Origin: Candidatus Eiseniibacteriota bacterium
GTDB taxonomy: Bacteria; Eisenbacteria; RBG-16-71-46
Length of the DNA stretch: 64,000 nt
NCBI GenBank assembly: GCA_963717505.1
Contig: OY970342.1
Location: 544,001-608,000, forward strand
Direction: 5' to 3'
Under the pieces are notes generated by a model. It was not told the origin of the DNA. It was given only the letters and a program-made list of their open reading frames with translations, and searched no databases. The position numbers were made by a program, and so were the translations under genes. Shown here one piece after another: positions 28,501-37,688 of the stretch; the first letter of the stretch is position 1; each line of letters opens with the position of its first letter.

Positions 28501-30535
28501 GCGGGTCGGCGGCAGCACCAGCCTGGTGGATCGCTGCATTCTGTTCGACAACTACGGCGCGGGCGTGATGGTGGCCTCGGGCGGCACCGCGGTCACGATC
28601 ACCCGCAACTCGATCTACGGCAATGGAACGATCAATGGCGGCCTCGGTGGCCCGAGCGGCCAGGTCGGCATCGATCTGCTGACGGCGGCCGATACCCCGG
28701 CCCACGGCACGGCCCCATACTTCACGATCAACGACAACGGCGATGGCGACGGCGGCGGCAACGGTCTACTCAACTTCCCGGTGCTCGAGTCCGCGAGCAT
28801 CGCCGGCAGCAACGTCACGCTCACCGGCTGGGCGCGTCCGGGGTCAGCGATCGAGGTCTTCCTCGCGAATCCGGACCCCTCCAGCTTCGGCGAGGGTCAG
28901 ACTTATCTTCTGACCGTCACCGAAGGCTCGGGCGCGGACCTCGACGCGACGACCGGTCCCTATTCCGGACCGATCAACGGCGTGAATCAGGGCACAGACA
29001 ACACCAATCGCTTCCGCTTCACCGTACCGGCGCCGGGGGGCCTGACCTCGGGCGTGCGTCTGACCGCGACCGCGACGGTGGCGCTCGCGACTTCCGAGTT
29101 CTCCGGACTGGTGGTGGTCGGCGGAGGCTTCGCCGTCAGCGGGTTCGGTTACCAGGACCTCGACCACGACCTGCAACGCGACGCGGTCGAGAGCGGCATC
29201 GGCAGCGCGCTGTTCGTCAAGCTCGTGCCGGTGTCATCGCCGGGTTCGGCGCAGTCGGTGGCCAGTGTCGACCCCGGAACCGGTGTGTGGAGCATCGGCT
29301 TCGTTTCCTCGGGCAACTACACGCTGGTGCTCGATGACAACAGTCTTGTCTCCGACGTCACGCCCAATTACCCCGCCGGCTGGATCGGAACCGAAGCCCC
29401 GGCGGGAACGCGCCCCCTGACCGTGACCGCAGTCAACGTCTCCGACCAGGACTTCGGCCTCTGGCACGGCGGTCGAGTCGAGGGCGTGGTGTTCGACGAC
29501 GATGGCGCGGGCGGCGGCGCGGCGAACGACGGCGTGCGGCAGGGTGGCGAGGCCGCGATCGCCGGGGTTCGCATGCGGCTCGCGGCCGTTCCGTGCGCCG
29601 GAGGATTGTGCGACAGCACGCTGACCGACGGCGCCGGGTTCTATGCCCTGTGGATCCCGCATGCGGCTTCGGGCGCCACCACTGAAGTGCGCGAAGCCAA
29701 TCCGTCGGTGTGGATCTCGACCGGGGGCGGCGCCGGGACGACCGGGGGCAGCTACGTGCGCGCGGCCGACGCGGTCTCTTTCGTTCCCCTGAGCGGCAAC
29801 CTCTACACCGGCGCCGTCTTCGGCGACGTGGCGCCGAACCAGTTGGTGCCTCCCGGAATGCAGACCGGGACCGAAGGCTCCGTCGTGTTCCATCCCCACA
29901 CGTTCGTCGCCGGGAGCGCCGGCAGCGTGACCTTCGGGCTCGGGCAGGCCCCGGCGCCGGTGATCCCGGGCTGGGGGGCTCAGCTCTATCGCGACCTGGA
30001 CTGCGACGGCGCCATCGACGCCGGCGAGCCGGCGATCGTCGCGCCCCAGGCGGTCACCGGCGGCCAGACGATGTGCCTCGTACTACGGCACTCGATTCCG
30101 GCCGGAGCACCTCTTGGCGCGCTCGAGCAGGTCACGGTTTCGGCAAGCATGAGCTACACCGGGGCCGCACCGCCGCTCGTCACCGTCGTTCTGCTCGACG
30201 ATCGCACCACCGTGATGGACGCCGGCACGTTGCGGATCGTCAAGAGCGTCAGCTCGGGCACCGCGCTGCCGGGCGATCTGATCACCTACACGATCACCTA
30301 CACCAACCTGGGCCCGGCTCCGGTCTCGGCGATCGAGATCCAGGACATGGTGCCGGGCTACACGATGTTCCAGTCCGCGGGCTGCGGCGGGCTGGGCAGC
30401 GGACTCTCGGCGTGCGGGGTGACCACGCAGCCGCCGCTGAACGGAACCGGACCGTTGCGTTGGACCCTGACCGGCGCGCTCGATCCGGGCGCAACCGGCA
30501 GCGTCACGTTCCAGGTACAGGTCGAGACGCCCTAG
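25583..30535 (+). CDS. Large secreted adhesin-like protein: N-terminal putative adhesin domain, DUF11, SdrD-B-like, parallel beta-helix, C-terminal truncated DUF11 (candidate tip adhesin), 1650 aa
   Basis: ATGA overlap with the upstream stop; signal peptide ending PAAA; WAGLYWGG / GGWSLVVVY domain; GSLRQFLINAN then N-x-I beta-helix repeats; ends VTFQVQVETP. Confidence 0.85.
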   Translation: MSRDLLRRMASAWVRILGGLAVAGCLSASPAAAQVFRNFTPRFTTNTTGDITLVGNTIMSCSAGGGCTTARNGGGGNQNNNDWNMQYVDVDGDGTTFSSSRATLTLPVGATVVWAGLYWGGNSNNANRNTCRFASPAAAYATLTADQLDNTGSAYSAFEDVTARVQTGGSGQYTVGNVYSTTGTNNYGGWSLVVVYQLASAPARNLVVFDGYAEVAPGASVNIAVSGFLTPPAGAVNTTLGAVTYEGDRGFTGDDFDLNGIVLSDGDNPANNFFNSSIALLDVQFTNKNPNYVNQLGFDADLVNASGILANGATSATIQLSSTDDRFYPAAVTFATDLYVPVLSGNGFTKLVADLNGAPARPGDVLEYTVFLRNTGNDASLNTVARDTIPANTAYVAGSMTVLNGPNAGAKSDGAGDDQAEFDVAGNRVVFRLGTGANAANGGQLSPGVQTSFRFRAVVTSPSPTGTVVSNQAVANFNAAQLGTALVSISDADTITAGTQRTNVTVTAPTLSGVVFEDPNYGGGAGRNRVTSSGVVRPGARVELYNAAGAFQSFSTTNASGVYSFNGWGPGGYTVRVVNSTVSSSRAGAVAGLLPVQTFRTNAATGVAVDDAQRVGGESPGLQDAGSNLTNATLASLTTASATPQSIAPVTLGTADLSGVEFGFNFSTIVNANDSGFGSLRQFLINANALANTGLAQAGLPAGIEHAIFMVTDGAAHPGLRAGLPNLLTGGVVAINVLSTLPSITGASTTIDGGLQTANVGDTNPGTLGTGGSAGVDLLSLPAVARPEVEIRDGAALALGLDLMASDITLARLAAYGFGNAPGNNNSAVVRVWTNGLRAILDGCVLGTSASSFTDPGAGVRSGGDVVRSAGGDDGIVRNSLIGFGAGSGIALAGTSNGWQILTNEIRGNAIGNSTRDGISIEAGATELVRGNLIASHEGCGIDAGASTGGNTFVNNTVTRSGLGAGAAETPGVRVGGSTSLVDRCILFDNYGAGVMVASGGTAVTITRNSIYGNGTINGGLGGPSGQVGIDLLTAADTPAHGTAPYFTINDNGDGDGGGNGLLNFPVLESASIAGSNVTLTGWARPGSAIEVFLANPDPSSFGEGQTYLLTVTEGSGADLDATTGPYSGPINGVNQGTDNTNRFRFTVPAPGGLTSGVRLTATATVALATSEFSGLVVVGGGFAVSGFGYQDLDHDLQRDAVESGIGSALFVKLVPVSSPGSAQSVASVDPGTGVWSIGFVSSGNYTLVLDDNSLVSDVTPNYPAGWIGTEAPAGTRPLTVTAVNVSDQDFGLWHGGRVEGVVFDDDGAGGGAANDGVRQGGEAAIAGVRMRLAAVPCAGGLCDSTLTDGAGFYALWIPHAASGATTEVREANPSVWISTGGGAGTTGGSYVRAADAVSFVPLSGNLYTGAVFGDVAPNQLVPPGMQTGTEGSVVFHPHTFVAGSAGSVTFGLGQAPAPVIPGWGAQLYRDLDCDGAIDAGEPAIVAPQAVTGGQTMCLVLRHSIPAGAPLGALEQVTVSASMSYTGAAPPLVTVVLLDDRTTVMDAGTLRIVKSVSSGTALPGDLITYTITYTNLGPAPVSAIEIQDMVPGYTMFQSAGCGGLGSGLSACGVTTQPPLNGTGPLRWTLTGALDPGATGSVTFQVQVETP

Positions 30536-30539
30536 GCCG

Positions 30540-32324
30540 CTAGTTCCTGGCCTTGAACTCCGCGGCCGGTCGCAGCACGCCATCGCGCCCGACCCAGCGC
30601 AATCGCCGGAGGTTGGCGACGTCCTTCGTGGGATCCGCGCCGACGATGATCAAGTCCGCGAGGCGGCCGGGAGCGATCGTGCCGAGCGCCTCACCTCGGC
30701 CCATGGCGCGAATCGCGTTGCGGGTGGACGCCACGATCACGTCCATGGGCGACATGCCCGCGCGCTGCATCGCCTCCATCTCGGCGTAGACCGACGGCCC
30801 GTGGAGGGTGAGCGGATTGCCGGCGTCGGTGCCCATGGCCACGGGAATCCCGGCCTTGTGCACCTTCAACAGGTTGGCCGCCATGGTTCGGACCAGCGCC
30901 TTGCGCAGCGAATCCGGCGTGGTGCGACGGTTCGGGTCGCGGGCGCCGAGTTTTGCAGTACTGACCACGTGAGCGCGGGTCAGCGAATCGACCGCGCGAT
31001 GCGGATCGTCGACCGGCGGCTCGGTCGCCGAGCGCATTGCGTCGTCGAGGCGCCAGTAGCCCTCGATCACGGTGAGCGTTGGGCAATAGATCGTCCCAGC
31101 GGCACGCGCCAAGTCGAGGAACTCCTGGTCGACCGGAACGTCCCAGACGCTGTGAACCAGCAAATGCGGTCGCGCGCGCAAAGCCGCCTTGGCTTCACGC
31201 AGGCCGGTGGCGTGGACGATCAGGGGCAATCCGACGCGACGCGCCTCGTCGCCGGCGGCGGCGACCGCCTGGGCCATGGCGTCGAAGTCGCGGCCGGGCG
31301 TCATGATGAACCACACCTTGACCGCCGAGGCGCCGAGCGACTTCAGGTACTGCACTCCGGCGCGCGCGATCGAATCGCCGGTCAGATACATGAACTGCCG
31401 CTCGGCCGGCAGGTTCAGCCAATGGTCGAGCGTCGAGAGCAACGGGCCCGCGGCGACCACCCGTGGCGTTTCCGTGTCGAGCCGAGTGCGCTCCTGCAGA
31501 CCTACCGTCCATGCGAAGCCGCCGACATCGAACACCGACGTCACGCCACTCGCCAGCCAGCTGCGAAAGAACATCTCGGGATGCGAACGCAGGCGTTCGA
31601 CGGTCGCTTCGTAGGGATGCAGGTCGCGCAGGTCGAGGGCGTCCGGGCGGCCGTCGACCCAACCGGTCTGTGAGAAGTGCACGTGGGCGTCGGCGAGCCC
31701 GGGCAGGACCCAGGTGCCGCGCGCATCCAGCGTGTCGATACCGGCCGGAATCGGCGTCGAGCGCCGTGGTCCCGCGGCTTCGATCTTGCCGTCGCGCATG
31801 ATCACCACCGCGTCGCGCACCGGTGTGGCGCCGGTGCCGTCGATCAGGGTCGCGCCGACGATGGCGCGCGGCGGCGGCGGCGTGCCCGGCGGCGCGTCGA
31901 AAGCCGTGGTCATCGCCACCTTCCAGCCGGCGTGCGTGCGCACGAACAGGCGCTCGGAGATCCCGGCGTGCTCGACCTCGCCGAAGCGCACGCGATACCG
32001 ATAGGTGCCGTAGACCACGCCGTCGCGCACCGGCGTCAGCCGCAGATCGTGGGCCTCGTAGACCGTGGGCCACGAGCCGGCCGATTCCGCCAGCGACTTG
32101 TAGCCGAGCGTGAATCCGGTGGGGCCGGTTCGCACCAAGGTGTCGGTGGGCAGGTAGCAGCCCAGGTACGCCTCGAGATTCTGGTCGCGGATTGCGTCGA
32201 CGTTGCGCTGGAAGACGACGCGTGCGGAGTCGAGCGCGGTGGGCGCGGCGCTCGCCTGCCCCGCACCGACGGCCAACCCCATCAGCAACGCGACGAATCG
32301 ATGGATCGACGTCCGCGCGCTCAC
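30540..32324 (-). CDS. Exported metal-dependent amidohydrolase with N-terminal NTF2-like domain
   Basis: GTGA overlap with the preA stop; signal peptide ending QASA; LPGLADAHVH, LIVHA, VHS, GTDAG and GTIAPGRLADL motifs. Confidence 0.85.
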   Translation of the reverse strand: MSARTSIHRFVALLMGLAVGAGQASAAPTALDSARVVFQRNVDAIRDQNLEAYLGCYLPTDTLVRTGPTGFTLGYKSLAESAGSWPTVYEAHDLRLTPVRDGVVYGTYRYRVRFGEVEHAGISERLFVRTHAGWKVAMTTAFDAPPGTPPPPRAIVGATLIDGTGATPVRDAVVIMRDGKIEAAGPRRSTPIPAGIDTLDARGTWVLPGLADAHVHFSQTGWVDGRPDALDLRDLHPYEATVERLRSHPEMFFRSWLASGVTSVFDVGGFAWTVGLQERTRLDTETPRVVAAGPLLSTLDHWLNLPAERQFMYLTGDSIARAGVQYLKSLGASAVKVWFIMTPGRDFDAMAQAVAAAGDEARRVGLPLIVHATGLREAKAALRARPHLLVHSVWDVPVDQEFLDLARAAGTIYCPTLTVIEGYWRLDDAMRSATEPPVDDPHRAVDSLTRAHVVSTAKLGARDPNRRTTPDSLRKALVRTMAANLLKVHKAGIPVAMGTDAGNPLTLHGPSVYAEMEAMQRAGMSPMDVIVASTRNAIRAMGRGEALGTIAPGRLADLIIVGADPTKDVANLRRLRWVGRDGVLRPAAEFKARN

Positions 32325-33693
32325 GATCGTGACGGGTGGGTCTTGCGCCAGTCCACGAGGCCGCCGGGGACCGTCGCCGTGCCTTTCGCGATGCGGTCGT
32401 TCCACGACTCGAACGGGCGGCCGTTGGTGACATCGGTCATCGTGATGCAGCCCGGCACCGGGCACACCGCGGCGCACAGGTTGCAGCCGATGCACTCGGT
32501 CTCGTCGACCCACACGATGTGGGCACCGCGCTCGCGCGCGGCCAGCGATCGCGGCGTCGCGGGTCGGCGCCTCGTGGCCCGCGGCCAGCGGGTCGGCGGC
32601 GTTGTGGATGCAGGTCACCGAGGAGTCGCGGCAGGCGACGCAGCACAGGTTGCAGCCGATGCACTTGGCGGCGTCGACGTGGGCCACCACCTTGTAGTTG
32701 AGGTCGAGATCGCCCCACTCGGTGAACGCCGGGAGCGCCCGGCCGCGCAGCTCGCGCACCGACTTCATGCCCTTCTCGTCGAGGTAGTTCGACAAGCCCG
32801 TCGATCATGTCCTCGACGATGCGGAAGCCGTAGTGCATGACCGCGGTGCACACCTGGACGCTGGTCGCGCCGAGCGCGATGAACTCGGCCGCGTCGCGCC
32901 AGTTGGCGATGCCGCCGATGCCCGAGATCGGCACCGTGATGCGCGGGATCGCGCGCGAGTGCCGCCGACCATGTGCAGCGCGATCGGCTTGACCGCCGGG
33001 CCCGCAGTAGCCGCCGTTGGTCGAGCGACCGCCGACCACCGGGTAGCGGCACGAACCGGTCGAGGTCGACGCCGATCAGGCTCTTGATGGTGTTGATCAG
33101 CGAGAGGCCGTGCGACCCCGGCTTCGACCGCCGGCGACGCCCGGCTTCGAGGATGTCGCCGATGTTCGGCGTGAGCTTGATCAGCACCGGCACCGTCGAG
33201 TACTCGACCGCCCAGCCGGCGACCGTCTTCAGCACCTCGGGCTCCTGCCCGACCGCCGAGCCCATGCCGCGCTCGCACATGCCGTGCGGGCAGCCGAAGT
33301 TGAGCTCGAGGCCGTCGCACGCCGGTGTCGACCGCGGCTTTGATGATGTCGCGCCAGTCCTGCTTGGACTCGACCATCAGCGAGACGATGACCGCGTGCG
33401 TCGGGTACTTGCTTCTTGACCTCGCGGATCTCGCGCAGGTTGACCTCGAGCGGGCGGTCGGTGATCAGCTCGATGTTGTTGAACCCGACCATGCGCGTGC
33501 CGTTGACGTCGAGCGAGCCGAAGCGGCTCGAGGTGTCGACGATCGGGTCGCCGAGCGTCTTCCACACGGCGCCGCCCCAGCCGGCGTCGAACGCGCGCAT
33601 GATCTGGTCGCCGGTGTTGGTCGGCGGCGCGCTGGCGAGCCAGAACGGGTTCGGGCTCTTGATGCCTGCGAAGTCGATCGAGAGATCGGCCAT
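32321..33693 (-). CDS. preA: NAD-dependent dihydropyrimidine dehydrogenase subunit PreA (many single-base indels)
   Basis: NPFWLASAPPT, GWGGAVWKTLG, NNIELITDR, LNFGCPHGMCERGMG, KLTPN, GGYCGPAVKPIAL and CIGCNLC ferredoxin motifs across several frames. Confidence 0.9.
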
Positions 33694-33711
33694 GGATTGC
33701 CTCCGGCGCCG

Positions 33712-33720
33712 ATATTAGCA
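33712..33720 (-). promoter_or_regulatory. Putative extended -10 element for preA
   Basis: Minus strand reads TGCTAATAT (TGn-TAnnnT), followed by GGAGG and ATG. Confidence 0.45.
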
Positions 33721-33787
33721 CCGGCCGCGGCGCCGGTGGATGACTCTCGAACCGCGAGCGGTTGCGCCTCCCGCGGCACGAGGGCGC

Positions 33788-36046
33788 TCACCGGGATTCG
33801 GAACCCCCGGCTTCGACTCGCCGCGCCAAGTCGAGGAAACGGGGATCGCTCCGCAGCTCGTCGAGCCGCGGGTCGACGTTCAGGAACACCAGCCAGTGCG
33901 AGCGCTCTTGATAGGCGCGCTCGAGCAGCTCGATCGCACGGTCGGGGTCGTCCAGAGCGCTCCACACGAGTGCCACCAGGAACGGATCGAGATAGCCGTG
34001 TTCCGCGCCGACCTGGGCTTCCTCCATCAGGCGGTGGGCGGCAGCGGGTTCGCCGTTCTTCGCGTGCGCGCGCGCCAGGGACAACAGAAACACCGGCGGG
34101 CGGCCACCGAAGCGAATGGCCTCTTCGAACGCCTCGATCGCCTGCCCCGTGTCGCCCAGGCACTCGAGCGACCAGCCGGCGTAGATGCGGATCGGAGGCA
34201 AGCGAGGATCGAGTGCAATCGCCTCCCGGTAGTGTCCGAGGCCACGTTGGTATTCGCGTGCGTAGTATTCGATCCACACACCGGCGCCGACCATGATCGG
34301 CGAGAGCGGATCCAGCTCGCGCCCCCTGGCGATCGCGAGGCGTGCTTCGTCGAACCGGCCTCGTGCGGTCAGCAGATTCATGTACCACTGGTGAGCCAGG
34401 GCGTAGCCCGGGTTCAATTCGATCCCGCGACGGAAACCCGCTTCGGACGCGGTCCAGTTCCAGTCGTAATAAAGCTGGAGGTAGGCCAGCGACACGTGGG
34501 CTTCGCCGAGATTGGGGTCCAGCTCGAGGGCCCGCAGCGCCGCCGTCTTGGCCGCCGGGAACGCTTCCCGCGGCGACAGGTAGCTGAAGAATCCGAGCAG
34601 GTCGTAGGCGTCGGCGAGTCCTGCGTGCGCCAGTGCCCACTCCGGCTCGCGGTCGAGCGCGCGGCGCAGGTACTCGACCGCCCGGAACAGGCTTTCGGGC
34701 GTGCGCCGGTACCAGAACTGACGCCCCTTGAGGTAGGCGTCGTAGGCCACCGGATCGACGTTGCGCACCTCACCCAACCGCGCCGCCGCCTGGGGCGTGA
34801 GCGTCCCCTGAACCTGGATCGCGATGGTGCGCGCCAGCTCGCCCTGCAGCGCCAGAACGTCGTCGAGCGGACGCTCGTACGACTCCGCCCACATATGGTC
34901 GTCACTGGCGGCATGAATCAGCTGCGCCGTGACGCGGACGCGATTGCCGGAGCGCACCACCGCCCCTTCCAGCACGGCATCGACCCTGAGCTCGCGCGCG
35001 ATCTCGGGCAGCGACTTGCGCGTGCCTTTGTAGCGCATCGCCGAGGTCCGCGAGATCACGCGCAGGCCGCCGAGCTTGGCCAGCCCGGCGATCAGCGCCT
35101 CGGTCATCCCGTCGGCGAAAAACTCGTGTCCGGCATCGCCGGAGAGATTCTCGAGCGGCAGAACGGCGATCGATTCAATACGCTTCTCGACCGATCCCCC
35201 GCCGGGTGCGGAACCGGTGGTCAGCAGACGCTCGAGATCGGAGGCCAGCTCGCGCACGGACGCGTGGCGGCGCACAGGATCGCGGTCGATGGCCCGCAGG
35301 ATCGCAGCGTCGAGGGCCCGCGACAGCTTGGCGTTGAGCGACGAAGGCGCCACCGGCGTCTGGTTGAGAATGGCGTACATCAGACTGAGCGCCGTGGCGC
35401 CGGCGAACGGCGCCTTGCCGGTCGCCATCTCGTAGAGCACGACGCCGAGCGAGTAGAGATCGCTGCGCTCGTCGGCCGGCTGGCCTCCGAGCACCTCGGG
35501 AGCCAGATAGGCGAGCGTGCCCATCGCTCCCGCGGCCTCGGTCTGCGTCATGGCGATCGCGGGTGCCGCCTCGGGATGGATCGAGCGCGCCAGCCCGAAG
35601 TCGAGCACCTTGACCCGTCCGTCGGGCGTGACCACGAGATTGTGCGGCTTGAAGTCGCGGTGGATGACGCCACGGGCGTGCGCCGCTTCGAGGCCCGCGG
35701 CCGCCTGCAGCCCGATGCGCAGCAGCTCGCGCTCCTCGATCGGGCCGGTCGCGATCCGCCGGTCGAGTCCGGCCCCGGGGACGAACTCCATCACCAGGTA
35801 GTCCACGCCGTCGCGCGTGTCGAAGTCGTGGACGGTGGCGACGTTCGGATGATTGAGCTGCGACAGGGCCAACGCCTCCTTGCGGAAGCGCCGGCGTGCG
35901 GCGTCGTCGGCGAGGGAGCCGGCCGGCAGCACCTTGAGCGCGACGTCGCGCTCGAGATGCAGATCGCGCGCACGGTAGACCACGCCCATGCCGCCGGCGC
36001 CGATCTGCTCGACGATCTGGTAGCGGGCGAGAGTGGTGCCTTGCAT
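33788..36046 (-). CDS. Ser/Thr protein kinase with TolB-like and TPR C-terminal domains
   Basis: IGAGGMGVVY, HRDFKPHN, DFG and YLAPE; SIAVLPLENLS...FADGMTEALI; TPR helices. Confidence 0.92.
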   Translation of the reverse strand: MQGTTLARYQIVEQIGAGGMGVVYRARDLHLERDVALKVLPAGSLADDAARRRFRKEALALSQLNHPNVATVHDFDTRDGVDYLVMEFVPGAGLDRRIATGPIEERELLRIGLQAAAGLEAAHARGVIHRDFKPHNLVVTPDGRVKVLDFGLARSIHPEAAPAIAMTQTEAAGAMGTLAYLAPEVLGGQPADERSDLYSLGVVLYEMATGKAPFAGATALSLMYAILNQTPVAPSSLNAKLSRALDAAILRAIDRDPVRRHASVRELASDLERLLTTGSAPGGGSVEKRIESIAVLPLENLSGDAGHEFFADGMTEALIAGLAKLGGLRVISRTSAMRYKGTRKSLPEIARELRVDAVLEGAVVRSGNRVRVTAQLIHAASDDHMWAESYERPLDDVLALQGELARTIAIQVQGTLTPQAAARLGEVRNVDPVAYDAYLKGRQFWYRRTPESLFRAVEYLRRALDREPEWALAHAGLADAYDLLGFFSYLSPREAFPAAKTAALRALELDPNLGEAHVSLAYLQLYYDWNWTASEAGFRRGIELNPGYALAHQWYMNLLTARGRFDEARLAIARGRELDPLSPIMVGAGVWIEYYAREYQRGLGHYREAIALDPRLPPIRIYAGWSLECLGDTGQAIEAFEEAIRFGGRPPVFLLSLARAHAKNGEPAAAHRLMEEAQVGAEHGYLDPFLVALVWSALDDPDRAIELLERAYQERSHWLVFLNVDPRLDELRSDPRFLDLARRVEAGGSESR

Positions 36047-36106
36047 GTGAACTCCGTGGGCGCGGATTTGGGCTCCGTGGCGCGATCAGCCTATCATGCG
36101 CGCTTC

Positions 36107-37675
36107 ATGGATACGGACCGCACCGAAGTCGACCGGCCGACGTTCGCCTACCTGCCGCTCGCGCTGATCGCGATCGCGAAATTCGCGGTCCAGCTCTATG
36201 CGCTTCCGCACTACGGCTGGTTCCGCGACGAGTTCTACTACCAAGTCTGTGCGGCGAATCCGGCGCTGGGCTATGTCGACCACCCGCCGCTCTCGATCTG
36301 GATCCTGACTGGAGTGCGCTCACTGTTCGGCGAATCGCTCTTCGCGATGCGCCTGGTGCCGGCGCTGGCCGGCGTCGCCACCGTCTTCGCCACCGGTCAG
36401 CTCGCACGCGAGCTGGGCGGTGGTGCTCGCGCCCAGGCTCTGGCTGCACTGGCGATGCTGGTCGCCCCGGTCTACCTCGCGCTCAACCACTTCTATTCCA
36501 TGAACGCGTTCGACCTCATGTTGTGGCCGCTCGCGTTCCTGGCGCTGGCGCGCGGGCTCCGCCATGGCACCGACCCCACGCCGGGCGGCGTCGCCGCGTG
36601 GATTTGCCTCGGACTCGTGCTCGGATTCGGCCTGCTCAACAAGATCAGCGTGCTCTGGCTCTTGGGCGGGCTCGGGCTCGGGTTGCTGATCGCGCGCCGC
36701 GAGTTCCTGCCAACACCCGGTCCGTGGCTGGCGTTGGGGGTCGCAGCTCTGCTCTTTGCGCCTCACATCGCATGGCAGATGACCAACGACTGGCCGACCC
36801 TCGAGTTCATGCGCAACGCCACCGGCGAGAAGATGGCGCCGGTTTCGGCATCCGAGTTCATCTCCGACCAGATCGACTCGATGAATCCGGCGACGCTGCC
36901 CCTCTGGCTCGGCGGGCTCGTGTGGTGCCTGTTCGCGCGCCAGGGCCAGTGGCGTTGGATCAGCGTCGCCTACCTGGCGATCACGGCGTTGTTGATCGCC
37001 AGCGGCCGCAGCCGAACCTCGTACCTGTCGCCGGTCTACCCGGTGCTGTTCGCGGCGGGTGCCACGGCGTTCGGCAACTTGCTCGATCGAGCGCACGTCT
37101 ACGTGCGCGGGGCGGTGACTGCCGTCGTGTTCATCGCGATGCTCCTCGCTGGCGCGATCCTCGCCCCGCTGGCGATTCCCGTGCTCCCGGTCGAGCAATA
37201 CATCGCCCACGCGAAGAAGCTGGGGATCGAGCCGTCGACCGAGGAGATCAAGGAGGTCGGCCTCCTCTCCCAGCACTACGCCGACATGCACGGCTGGGAG
37301 GAATTGACCGCGGCCGTGGTCGCGGCACGCGACTCCCTGGGTCCGGAAGAGCGCGAGCGCGTGTGCATCTACGGCCAGAACTACGGCGAAGCCGGCGCCG
37401 TCACCGTGCTCGGTCGCGACCGCGGGCTCCCACCCGCGATCTCGGGCCACAACAACTACTGGCTGTGGGGGCCTGGTGACTGCGACGGCTCGGTGATGAT
37501 CATCATCGGCGGCGACTATGAGGACCACATCGAGGCGTTCGAGTCGGTCGAGGCCGCCGGGATCGCGACCTCAAAGTACGCGATGCCCTACGAACAGGAT
37601 CTGACGATCTGGGTGTGCCGCGGGCTCAAGCGAACGCCGCTCGAGATCTGGGACCGCGTCAAGCACTACGACTAG
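36107..37675 (+). CDS. GT-C fold glycosyltransferase (family 39/83, PMT_2-like)
   Basis: FRDEFYY...GYVDHPPL; multiple TM segments; NYGEAGA...ISGHNNYWLWGP. TATCAT lies 9 bp upstream. Confidence 0.85.
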   Translation: MDTDRTEVDRPTFAYLPLALIAIAKFAVQLYALPHYGWFRDEFYYQVCAANPALGYVDHPPLSIWILTGVRSLFGESLFAMRLVPALAGVATVFATGQLARELGGGARAQALAALAMLVAPVYLALNHFYSMNAFDLMLWPLAFLALARGLRHGTDPTPGGVAAWICLGLVLGFGLLNKISVLWLLGGLGLGLLIARREFLPTPGPWLALGVAALLFAPHIAWQMTNDWPTLEFMRNATGEKMAPVSASEFISDQIDSMNPATLPLWLGGLVWCLFARQGQWRWISVAYLAITALLIASGRSRTSYLSPVYPVLFAAGATAFGNLLDRAHVYVRGAVTAVVFIAMLLAGAILAPLAIPVLPVEQYIAHAKKLGIEPSTEEIKEVGLLSQHYADMHGWEELTAAVVAARDSLGPEERERVCIYGQNYGEAGAVTVLGRDRGLPPAISGHNNYWLWGPGDCDGSVMIIIGGDYEDHIEAFESVEAAGIATSKYAMPYEQDLTIWVCRGLKRTPLEIWDRVKHYD

Positions 37676-37688
37676 CGGGCGCGGCGCC

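Noticed and set aside
20079-28705. Large minus-strand ORFs (683, 980 and 1061 aa) opposite the DUF11 genes
   Set aside because: They are Arg/Gly-rich antisense shadows without domain motifs.
30540-32795. Apparent 751-aa ferredoxin-amidohydrolase fusion
   Set aside because: The first part is a frameshifted piece of preA. The amidohydrolase has its own GTG and signal peptide at 32324.
33740-36106. Long N-terminal extension making a 1311-aa glycosyltransferase
   Set aside because: It is the antisense shadow of the kinase gene, a common effect of high-GC codon bias.
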